Positions 45,076 to 54,155 of a DNA stretch of 64,000 nucleotides are shown in pieces. How positions within the stretch are numbered: the first letter of the stretch is position 1; every line of letters begins with the position of its first letter. The notes under the pieces were generated by a model. It had not been told where the DNA came from. It did not search any database and worked only from the letters and a program-made list of their open reading frames with translations. The stretch lies in IMG/VR virus record IMGVR_UViG_3300006880_000002, positions 2,955-66,954 of that record; one strand, 5' to 3'. The position numbers and the translations under genes were made by a program. Origin of the DNA: a virus.

Positions 45076-45894
45076 ATGCGCTTCCCGAAAATTGACGACG
45101 TCGCAGCCGAACTGCGCAGAATCAATAAAATGGACACCGACGAGGACGACATCGACGTGCGCCTCCAGGTCTACTCAGACGGAGACTGGGCCGTGCGGTG
45201 GGGACTGTCGGACTACGACCAGGATCATCGCGGGTATTGGGGCTCTTCCGGCGTCCCAGGCGGCAACCGCCGGTTCGACTCAAAGGCCGTCGCTCGTGAC
45301 CTGATCGATCAGGCGAAGGAAGCGAAGGCGATGGGCGGGGACGATGAGGGGTTGGATGAGGCGCCAGCGGCCAAAGTCGGCGAAGGACACACCACGGAAA
45401 TCGTCATCCCTGAAATGGACTGGACCCAGATCAGCGGAGACATGGATCCGGGTCAGTACGGTGCCATCATCGCGACAGGTGATGGCTCAGCGTTGGAGCT
45501 CATCGAAATCCAGCCGGTTCGTGAATACGTCGGTAACAAGGATGCGGCCGACGTCGGTTTTCCGTTCTGGTCGAAGGAAGCATACTACACGCTCGAAGAT
45601 CTCGATCCAGAAGACGAGGATGTGCAAAAAGCTCTCGAATCGATGGATCTGGACATCAGTAACATGGCACCGCCGCAACGCGCGATCATCATCGCGGAAG
45701 CGCTCATGCGCTACGGCGTCGGAAGCGACGAAGGTCCCGCAGGATGGTCACAAGACGTACTCGGGGACCGAAAAGTGAAGTGGTGGACAGGCGCGGTCGC
45801 CGGAGCTGAGTACATCGCCGACGAGGATGAGGAGTTCCGACGAGAGATACTCGGTGAAGAAGACGAAGAGACCGAAGAAGACGAGGAAGAATAA
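45076..45894 (+). CDS. Very acidic two-domain protein
   Basis: ATG after AAGGA; D/E-rich throughout, poly-E tail. Confidence 0.7.
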   Translation: MRFPKIDDVAAELRRINKMDTDEDDIDVRLQVYSDGDWAVRWGLSDYDQDHRGYWGSSGVPGGNRRFDSKAVARDLIDQAKEAKAMGGDDEGLDEAPAAKVGEGHTTEIVIPEMDWTQISGDMDPGQYGAIIATGDGSALELIEIQPVREYVGNKDAADVGFPFWSKEAYYTLEDLDPEDEDVQKALESMDLDISNMAPPQRAIIIAEALMRYGVGSDEGPAGWSQDVLGDRKVKWWTGAVAGAEYIADEDEEFRREILGEEDEETEEDEEE

Positions 45895-45896
45895 CC

Positions 45897-47171
45897 ATGG
45901 CCACCCGCAAATCTAAACCTAGGAAGCCTCCGACCCCACACCGTGCCCCCGCGGATCAAGACGCGGCGACGGAGCTCGTACTCTACATCGAAAACACCTC
46001 CGATCTGTCTCCCGACGGTCCGAGCGGTCAGGGCCGGAGCGTGCTTCTGAACGCGCTCCGGAAGTGGCGGAGGGGCACGTACGACCCGACGATGGCGGTG
46101 CGCCTGTTCGAGTACCTTACTGAATCCGGAGCGAAACGGTACGCGAAGGAGATGGGCTCCTCCGAGAAGGAGTGGAGCACGATGTTCACCCCAGCCACGC
46201 GGCACGAAGCGGCGAAGCAACTCGAAGCGAGCTTCCGTCACGCGGTCGAGCACGGAGAGTACGATCACGTCGATACGAAGATCGGGGTGCGGGAGGGGGT
46301 CGAAGCACATCGGCCGGAACGATCCATGACGTATCCACCGTCACCGTCGGGACAGTACGTTCTGAGCCGAGACGGCAAAGAGGTCATGCGGGGTACGGAG
46401 CAAGAGATCTGGCAGTGGATGCACCGGAACCACAGTTACAGCATCGACCACGCTCTTCGTTACGAGGGGTACTCGATCACGCCAGCCGAAGGAGCGCAAC
46501 GTGGTGAGAGTTTCACGCCGGCATTGTCCGGTCAGTACGTAGGACGTCGCGTCGAGATTCTTCACGCTCCGGGAAGCGTATATTTCAAGCCCGGTCAGTT
46601 CGGATACGTCGTAGGTCAAAATCAAACCGGAGGCATGCATTTTATTGACGTCAAGCGCACCAGCAGACCCGGAGAGGTAGCGCTACTAATCTCCAAGACA
46701 CGTGAAATGCGCGGCGGCGCGCTCTGGTTCTCTCTCGAAGGGGTTCGATTCACCGGGCGTGACACGAGAGGGCACGAGGCGCGTGAATCAGTCTCCGAGC
46801 GTCGCGACAGATACTCGATGACGTACGGTCAGCTTCCGGAATTCAAAAATTTCGAGCACGACGTTCATACACGAATCAATCCCGAGACAGACGAGCCGTA
46901 CTGGCCCGAAGGCACAACCTATCCCATGGAACTCGTCTCGCCACGTGAGATCGAACTCGCACGTGAGTTCGGTGGCCTCGATGACTTCCGCACCGAGCGC
47001 CACCGAACCGGCCGTCACACTGGTGCAATCGGCTTCCGTGGTAACGAGAAGCAGATCTACGACTTCCTCACGTTCCTCGTGGACCAAGAAGATGCATTCT
47101 CCGGCGAGGAAGACAGCGCCGGTAGTCTCGCGTCGTCGATCATGTACACGCTCGGGTACGAGTGGGTCTGA
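45897..47171 (+). CDS. Multi-domain (polyvalent-type) protein with basic leader
   Basis: Basic leader then about four compact domains joined by charged linkers. Confidence 0.7.
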   Translation: MATRKSKPRKPPTPHRAPADQDAATELVLYIENTSDLSPDGPSGQGRSVLLNALRKWRRGTYDPTMAVRLFEYLTESGAKRYAKEMGSSEKEWSTMFTPATRHEAAKQLEASFRHAVEHGEYDHVDTKIGVREGVEAHRPERSMTYPPSPSGQYVLSRDGKEVMRGTEQEIWQWMHRNHSYSIDHALRYEGYSITPAEGAQRGESFTPALSGQYVGRRVEILHAPGSVYFKPGQFGYVVGQNQTGGMHFIDVKRTSRPGEVALLISKTREMRGGALWFSLEGVRFTGRDTRGHEARESVSERRDRYSMTYGQLPEFKNFEHDVHTRINPETDEPYWPEGTTYPMELVSPREIELAREFGGLDDFRTERHRTGRHTGAIGFRGNEKQIYDFLTFLVDQEDAFSGEEDSAGSLASSIMYTLGYEWV

Positions 47172-47180
47172 GGTAGCACC

Positions 47181-47648
47181 ATGAACAAATCAGAAAGAAG
47201 GCTCGGTTTTGTCGGAGTGAGCCGCCGACCATCTTCCCCACGCGCCAATACATCCCGAAAGCGTCGAGAAGCGCCCGCTGACCCGCGTGCCGTCGAGTTC
47301 TTCAAGAAGCACGCCGGTTCTTCGTACGACCCGAAAAAAGAAACCCCCGCACAAGGGCGTCTCCGTGGGGCCAAGGCGCTAGCTCGCGCCGAGGCCGAAG
47401 CGACGGCTCGCGGTTGGACCGTCGAATGGGATCACGATCAGAATCCGGATACGTCGTGGATGGACGACGAACAGCTCGCCGATTACGAATCAGGTCGCAT
47501 CGAAATTTTGGATGCCGTCCTGAAAGATGAAAGCGGCGAGGTACTCGAATCACTAGGTGGCGTGGCACTCAATGCTCGCGGCCCGAGAGATCCATACGGT
47601 CGTGTCGTCGAGGCGGAGCTTGCTCTCAAAGCTCTCGGCGAGGAATGA
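47181..47648 (+). CDS. Phage protein with basic leader
   Basis: Arg/Ser leader then FFKKHAG..LARAE..SLGG..PYGRVVEAELA domain. Confidence 0.7.
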   Translation: MNKSERRLGFVGVSRRPSSPRANTSRKRREAPADPRAVEFFKKHAGSSYDPKKETPAQGRLRGAKALARAEAEATARGWTVEWDHDQNPDTSWMDDEQLADYESGRIEILDAVLKDESGEVLESLGGVALNARGPRDPYGRVVEAELALKALGEE

Positions 47649-48007
47649 CGATGAAGCGACAATTCGGACCGTTGTCATCTCGTAGGGTACGCGAATCTCC
47701 CCGCGTCGCCGACTTCAACTCCCTCGACGACCTCATCGCCCACGCCCATCACGAACTCGGTGCGACCCACGTCGTCGTGGCCGGTGCTCACACGCAGATC
47801 TTCTTCCCGCGCGGCGGTCAGTATCCGTACGAGGCCGCCAAGGTGTGGCGGAAGGGCGGGTACTGGCACGCGGAGGGCCCCGGAGCCCGGATGGGCGTGA
47901 AGACGCTACCCAAAGACGCACAACCGATCGAGGTCGAGGGAGGCGGGCGGAGGGCGGCGGAAGCGCGCCCAAAAGCCTCAGGGCGACGCCCACTACGTCG
48001 CCAGTAA
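47645..48007 (+). CDS. Phage protein with basic leader; short product of a frameshifted gene
   Basis: ATGA-coupled; slippery heptamer at 47968. Confidence 0.7.
   Translation: MTMKRQFGPLSSRRVRESPRVADFNSLDDLIAHAHHELGATHVVVAGAHTQIFFPRGGQYPYEAAKVWRKGGYWHAEGPGARMGVKTLPKDAQPIEVEGGGRRAAEARPKASGRRPLRRQ
47949..48002 (+). promoter_or_regulatory. Programmed -1 ribosomal frameshift signal
   Basis: GGAGG (47949), in-frame C CCA AAA (47968-47974), 7-nt spacer, stem GGCGACG/CGTCGCC. Confidence 0.7.
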
Positions 48008-48267
48008 TCTCGGACGAGGCGATCCTTAAAACGATCCACGACGTCGGCGACAGTGACTACGCCGCGGGGTTCGGTCGTATGAGCACCGAAGATCTCGCAG
48101 CGCACTTCGGGATCGATACGACGTACATGCTCAAGCGGATGCAACGTCTCGCTCGGGCAGGCAAAGTGAAGAAGGTCCGCGACATCGTGAGCCGTAAGAG
48201 CGGTCGAGTCGTCGGCTGGCAGAAGTGGGAAATGTACTGGGATCCCGAGAACGACCCTTACGTCTAG
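47974..48267 (+). CDS. Winged-HTH domain reached by -1 frameshift
   Basis: -1 frame PKSLRATPTTSPVISDEAILK..MSTEDLAAHFGID..KRMQRLARAGKV; no start codon at the domain boundary. Confidence 0.6.
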   Translation, partial: SLRATPTTSPVISDEAILKTIHDVGDSDYAAGFGRMSTEDLAAHFGIDTTYMLKRMQRLARAGKVKKVRDIVSRKSGRVVGWQKWEMYWDPENDPYV

Positions 48268-48641
48268 TACCGCCCATCCCCAGGCTTCTTCTTCCCCGAG
48301 GCGAGTTCGGTAGCGTTCGCGAACGCCTCCTGGGCGTCGTGAGCGGCTTGCATGTCCGTCCGCGACGGGGGCCGGATGGGCGTGAGATCCTGGTCGAATT
48401 CCCGAAGGCGTCGCTCAAGCGCCGCGAGCTCGATCCGGAGCCCGTTCACCTCCTGACACGCGTCCACGGTCTGTGAGATCACATCCAGGACGTCTTTGCC
48501 GACGTTCCCGGCCAGCTTGACCTCCAGCGCGCGGAGCTTCGTACGGAGCTCGCCGACGCTTGTGCAGACCTCGGTCCCTCGCTTCACTTCTTTCAAGAGC
48601 GATTGGAACTCGTGCTTCGGGATCGTAATGTACTGAGGCAC
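48264..48641 (-). CDS. Coiled-coil hypothetical protein
   Basis: GTG start 7 nt after TAGAAT. Confidence 0.55.
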   Translation of the reverse strand: MPQYITIPKHEFQSLLKEVKRGTEVCTSVGELRTKLRALEVKLAGNVGKDVLDVISQTVDACQEVNGLRIELAALERRLREFDQDLTPIRPPSRTDMQAAHDAQEAFANATELASGKKKPGDGRY

Positions 48642-48697
48642 GATCCCGATTCTACCTGATCCGGCTACCTCGGGTGTCGACGCAACATTTTGATGCA

Positions 48698-49270
48698 CTA
48701 TCCCTTGGACTTGATCGAGAGGTTCAATTTTTCCGGCCACTTCCGGGCGACGAGCGCCTTCCACTTCCGCTCGCGCTGCTTGAACACCTCCTCGTACCGA
48801 GACTCGTGCGCGACGCACGTTTTGCCTGTCCCATAGAGCACGAACGCCTCCGTGTAACCGGCCTTCGAGTTGAGCTTGTTGCAGTAGTGCCAGGCGCGCT
48901 TCAGACCTAGCGCCGTCTGCTCGGCGCAGCGGGTGGTTGCTTCAAGATCTTGTCCGGCAAGGGCCTTCCACTCCGAGCGCGTGCGCCAGAGCTGGTGGTG
49001 CTGACCGAAACAAATTGCGAGGCCGCCGTCCCCGAGACGTTCTCCACTGTGGAGCTCGGGGTTGAACCGCGTCTCGCCCCAGAACACTACAACCTCCGCC
49101 ATCGCCATCTGCATCCGGTGGGCGCCTCGCACTTTCTGAAGGCTTGCTTCGACCGCGCGAGCGGTCACTTCCATTCGCGCTTCGTAGTGTTCCTTGGTCT
49201 CGTTCCACTTGGGAGACGGAGACGGCATGAGCGAGTAGATCGCTGAGAGGATGTAGGGAAAGAGGTTCAT
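48698..49270 (-). CDS. Lysozyme/transglycosylase-like protein
   Basis: Hydrophobic N-terminus; ETRF...DGG-x-A-x-C-x-GQ...YG-x-G resembles SLT-fold motifs. Confidence 0.5.
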   Translation of the reverse strand: MNLFPYILSAIYSLMPSPSPKWNETKEHYEARMEVTARAVEASLQKVRGAHRMQMAMAEVVVFWGETRFNPELHSGERLGDGGLAICFGQHHQLWRTRSEWKALAGQDLEATTRCAEQTALGLKRAWHYCNKLNSKAGYTEAFVLYGTGKTCVAHESRYEEVFKQRERKWKALVARKWPEKLNLSIKSKG

Positions 49271-49392
49271 CGTTCAAACGTAGCGACGGGACGAGGGGGT
49301 AGTCAACCCGTCAAAGGCGCCCCGATGTCTCCACCGCTCGGGGCCACACGGCTGCACGCGCTAGCCGGGGATCGACTCCCGGAATACCAGAC

Positions 49393-51359
49393 CTAACCGT
49401 GCGGGAGTTTTTGAAACGCCCATGGTTTCTTTCGTTGAGCACCGAGCTTGAGTTCTTCTCTGCGCATCGAACGGCACACGTCGCATTCTGAGCGTCGGCT
49501 GCGACCGTTCTTGTGGAATGCAGACAACGGAGTCGGCGTGCGACATATGGAACACCGTTTCCATTTCACTTTGGAAACCGATTGGCCACACCCGAGATCT
49601 CGTCGTTCACACTGGAAGCTCCGCAATTACATCCCTCTGGGTACCGACATCCAAGCGAATGCTCGGCAGGTTTGACGAGTTCCCAGGCTTCCTTCGCCCA
49701 CTGCACCAACCGTTCGATCCGTTGGTCACGGAAGGCTAGCTCGGCAGCGATGTCGCTCTTCGAGACGAGCCTCTCCGACGTCATCGCGGCAACGTGCGCT
49801 GAGTAGTGCGGTTCGAGCGCGACGACGTCTCTGTATTCGTAGTGTTTCATTCCCGCCCACTCTCCGCGGCATCATCCGCCCGCGCTTGAGCCGCGATCTC
49901 ATCAAGCGCCGTCGTGAGTACCGCTCGAAGGAACGCCGTCTCGTCGAGGAGCTTCACAGCGTCGCGCGACGGCGGCGAGTTGTAGGGCGCCGATTCAAGG
50001 ATCTTGATGACGAGTTCCAGCGCCTTGTGCGCGTTCCAGAACGTGTGCTCGGAGTTGCCGCCCGGGTACTCCAGGCGTTTATTGGTCTGCTGGAGAAGTT
50101 CTTTGACGCGGCTCATGTGAGTAACCTTGCTCCGTGGTGGTTGCCGGAGAGCATGAACCGGTCGTTGATCTGAACCATCTCGCCGCTCTTTACGAGCTGC
50201 CGGATCACGCGCCGGACCGACGAGACGTTCCGGCCGATGCTATCGGCGATCTCGCCGGGCGTGCTCGGTATATTGCGCATCTCCTTCATGTGCTCGATGA
50301 CGGCGGCGCGGACGGTGAGGACGGGGGCGCAGCGAAGCTCCAGAGAGATGGTCATCCGGTCCACCTGGCGAAAGCGAAGTCTCTCGTACGTAACGCCTCG
50401 CGAGCGAGATCGGCAGCGTCCGGCGCTCCATTGGCAATGGTGCGTAGCACGTCCCTCCAAAGATCATCTTCCTTGCCGTGCGCGCTCGCGTCGTCGTCAA
50501 CACCAATGCGCCCGATCTCGGCGACTCGTTTCTCGACTTCTTGTAAGGTCACTTTTTCTCCCTCGCCCACACGACGACCACATGTGACGGCTTGCCGTCG
50601 TGGAAGAGCCCCGAAGCGTGTCCAGCAAGCGCCGCCACGGAAACGATCGTCCAGGGACCTACAAGAGGTTGGCTGTAGCCTGGGTGAACATAGCGAGAGG
50701 TCGGCGGCTTAAGCTCACGGTCGCTCGCTGGGTAGATCTCTTGCCAGAACTCGTGGGTGTCCGTGTTCAAAATTTACTCCTCGTTCGTATCGCTCGTTAT
50801 GTCGATTCCGTTAAAAAAGTAATGCCCACATTCGAAGCACCAGATTACATAGTTCGCGTTTCGAAGGTGCCCGTGGCTGCTGTTGCAGTTCCAACAAGAA
50901 CGCATGGCAAACGCGTTCTTGTTGTCGCGCATCCACTGATCGGCTTTTGCTCGCGCCTCCTCCTTCGTCACCGCTTCTCCTTCCGCGCCTCCGGGAGCCG
51001 CTCCAGCACCCGCTTCACGACCGCGTCGGCCTCGTCGCCGTAGTGGCGCACCATGACCTTCGCGATGGCCTGAGCGTCGTTTTCGTAGCTCGGCTCCGCG
51101 ACCTTCTTCAGGGCGCGGTCGACGGCGGAGATGACGCGGACGACGAAGCCTTCGGATTGGGGGGCGGGGGTCACGGTTCCCTCTGTTGGCAGCAACGACG
51201 CAAACACGTGGTCGGATGCCCCGGATGAGTCGGGTCAACGTCGGCACGATGAACTTGCTGAACCCTCGAAGCCCACTCATGGATCGTGGCTTCTTCGGCC
51301 CACTTGGGGCGGCTCTCGTACGAGTCCCAGATCCACTCGGGGTAGTTCTTGGTTGCCAT
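49393..51359 (-). other. Run of small coupled accessory genes including a wHTH (50113-50355) and Zn-finger proteins
   Basis: Overlapping stops/starts; TPGEIADSIG..VRRVIRQLVKSG. Confidence 0.55.
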
Positions 51360-51453
51360 GCCCTGTCCTACGCCTGTACCCCCAACGTTCTTCCTTGTCA
51401 ACCAAAGTTTGACAGGGAAGATACGACGCGGTACAAGCGTCTACTAGAGCATG
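51357..51453. promoter_or_regulatory. Mirror-image divergent sigma70-type promoters
   Basis: TTGACA-N17-TACA(A/G)G on both strands, each at the same distance from an ATG. Confidence 0.75.
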
Positions 51454-52002
51454 ACCCGACCCGCTTACGGCGTCCCTGTAACCCTCTTCCTGGCCGGGGT
51501 AATTCTGGCCGTCTACGCCGCCGAGCTTGCGGGTGCCGTCGACACCATCGCCGCAGGTTTCATCCCGGCCTCGCCGACGTTCCGGGGTGCCTTCCTGAGC
51601 GTCTTTCTCCACGACCCGGACAACATCGCTCACGTCGCCGGAAACCTCGTCTTCTTGGTCCTCTTCGGGACCGTCCTCGAGCCGGTCATCGGGAGCCTCA
51701 GGTTTCTGATCTTCTACGGCTCCGCCGGCTCCGCCGGCATCGCCCTCCACTGGTGCGTCGACCCGACCTCGACGCACACCCTCGTGGGTGCCTCAGGCGC
51801 CATCTTCGGTGTCATGGCCGTGGCGGCCGTGATCCAGCCGCGTCTGCTCGGGTTCGCGATCGGGTTCATGATTCTCAACATCTGGTATGCATTCCACGGA
51901 AATGAGGGGATTTCATTCGGGTGTCACGTCGGCGGGTTCGTGGCCGGAGTTCTGGAAGCGGCGAGTTTGAAACTTCAGGGCGAGTTGACGGAGGAAGCGT
52001 GA
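51451..52002 (+). CDS. Rhomboid intramembrane serine protease
   Basis: FLH..HVAGN..FG..LE, GASG (Ser), HVGG (His), multiple TMs. Confidence 0.9.
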   Translation: MTRPAYGVPVTLFLAGVILAVYAAELAGAVDTIAAGFIPASPTFRGAFLSVFLHDPDNIAHVAGNLVFLVLFGTVLEPVIGSLRFLIFYGSAGSAGIALHWCVDPTSTHTLVGASGAIFGVMAVAAVIQPRLLGFAIGFMILNIWYAFHGNEGISFGCHVGGFVAGVLEAASLKLQGELTEEA

Positions 52003-52470
52003 CCCGCAAAGTCAAACAGTACAACATGGCCGGGCGCGCCGGCTGCCTCCAACTCCGCAAAGCGCAAAGCACCGGGACGCTCGTCGGGATCTACAACTCC
52101 GATCAGGCTGGCTTAAACACAGAAAGCGGTACCTGGTCCGTGGTGTGCGAGGAGCACGGGGCCATCCTCGGGTGTGAAAAACAGGGCGACGCGCGGGCTC
52201 AGGCTGCGGACCCGCAAGGCTGGTGCGAAGGATGCCGACAATGATGAACATCACTCCCGAACAAGCCAAGGCCGCCGCCCGCATCTTCGAGCTCTTCAAC
52301 GATTGGCTCGCCCCTGGTCGCACATACTGCATCGAAATGACGCCCTCCGGACGGGTCGTCGTGCGACTCACACGCCCCGATGGGGTCTGTCTGATCTTCA
52401 ACGGCGCCGACGTGCAAGACGCATGCGCGCAGGCCGCTCAAACACTTTGGTGTAACGAAGGAGAGGAACC

Positions 52471-52737
52471 ATGAAATACACGATCATTCTCACTTGCTTG
52501 ATGTTGCTCACCGGATGCGCCGATCACGTGAGCTTCGTCGTTGCAACCCCGCGCGAACTCGTCGGGTTCTGGTACGGCCTCTGGCACGGGATGTTGCTCC
52601 CGTTCTCGTGGATCGTCTCACTCTTCGACGATAGCGTCGCGGTCTACGCGATCTACAACAACGGTGGCTGGTACGACTTCGGTTTCGTACTGGGTATCGG
52701 CACATTGGGTGGCGGTAGCCGGAGCACGCGACGATGA
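52471..52737 (+). CDS. Small lipoprotein/membrane protein
   Basis: LTGC lipobox, GFWYGLWHG..YNNGGWYDFGF. Confidence 0.7.
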   Translation: MKYTIILTCLMLLTGCADHVSFVVATPRELVGFWYGLWHGMLLPFSWIVSLFDDSVAVYAIYNNGGWYDFGFVLGIGTLGGGSRSTRR

Positions 52738-52994
52738 AAAAACCACCCGCTCTCACCACCCACCGCGGCGACGAGATCGAACGCGTGTCGCTTCAGCGCC
52801 AGATCCAAGAACACCTCCACGAGGTCGAGATCGCCAACGCCGAAGGGCGACGCGACGACGTGAGCGATCACCTGGAGGCCGCCTTCGAGGCGAACGGGTA
52901 CATCGTCCGGCTCGATCGAGCCGTCATGATCGCCGCGCTCACCCGGCTCCGAGAGGCCGGCTTTCACACAACCCCAGGCGGAAGGGCCTGACCG

Positions 52995-53177
52995 ATGGCG
53001 ACCGAAAAGACAATCCAAACCGCGTTTCGACTCCCCGAATCGCTCATCAAGGAACTCGACGAGCTCGCCGCAGAGATGTCGACCCGAGAGATGACCTACA
53101 CACGGGCCGACGTGCTTCGCATGGCGGCCTCCAGAGGGCTCGAAGAGATCAAGTCCAACCGGAGGAAGAAGCGATGA
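52995..53177 (+). CDS. Ribbon-helix-helix protein
   Basis: TAFRLPESL..LDELA..TRADVLR. Confidence 0.7.
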   Translation: MATEKTIQTAFRLPESLIKELDELAAEMSTREMTYTRADVLRMAASRGLEEIKSNRRKKR

Positions 53178-54155
53178 GCCTAGATCTAGAGGTCACGTTG
53201 AACCGGTTCGGTTTTCAACGTGTCGCCGAAAACAAGCTGCAACTCGCATGTTTTCGAGTCGCTTGGTGGCGCGTACCAGGAAAGCACTCAATCGGCATCG
53301 AGATGAATTGGAGGACGTCTTGAGCGACCACCTACGCGCCGAATTCCAGGCCATCCGAGAGTCGCTCTCTCGCTCGATGGCCCGGGGCCGCGTCGTGTCC
53401 GAGAGAGACATCGACGAGGCCGTCTTGACGCTGGAGGAGATCAAGGAAGCGCTCACCGTGCTCCCAACACTCGCCAAGGCGGAAGCCGTCGCGTCGAGCA
53501 AGCTCCTCCAGACGGCGCTCACCGACATCGTGTGGCGGCTCAAGAATCGGAGGCGGCTATGAACGAGATATTCAAGGCTCTAGAAGAACTCGCGACGCTA
53601 CGAGTGTTCATCAGGCGTCTCAGGAAAGTTCTCGGTGGAACCACCGCTTCACTAGATGAGATCATCGAGATAGTTGAAGAACTTCGAGTCGAAGGAGTCC
53701 CATGACCCGCAAACGGGAACTCCGATGACACCCACCGTCATTCCCCTTGACGCACACAAGTACGCGCCCGTGCTTCAGCTCATGATCGAGATCATCGGCA
53801 AGGAACAGAACACGACCTTCGAAGACGCGATGAACCGCGCAGCGCGCGAACTCAAGCTCGAAGTGCCGGCGCACATGCAAGACAACATCCTCCGGGCCGC
53901 GTACCGCATCATCGCGACCGGAGGGATCCCTGGAGCACCCGAAGCATGACCGCAAAAAGAATCTGGATCGTGATCCGCCCCTCCGGGGAACGCTTCCATG
54001 TCGACAAGGAGCCCGACGGCGGCATCGTCGAGTGGGCGAAGGGGCTCGACGTCACCGTCGAGGAGTACGAATTTAAGGGGCACGTGAAGAAGGTGGCGGC
54101 AAAGCCGACGCTCCGAAAAACGTCCGTACCCACGCCCACACGACCTTGAGACGGC

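Larger units (their letters stand above)
51999..54149 (+). other. Run of small coupled accessory genes
   Basis: Coupled ORFs downstream of the rhomboid gene. Confidence 0.55.

Noticed and set aside
49318-49389. tRNA-like element (CCGGGGATCGACTCCCGG...CCA)
   Set aside because: Only a T-arm-like hairpin; I could not build an acceptor stem or D arm
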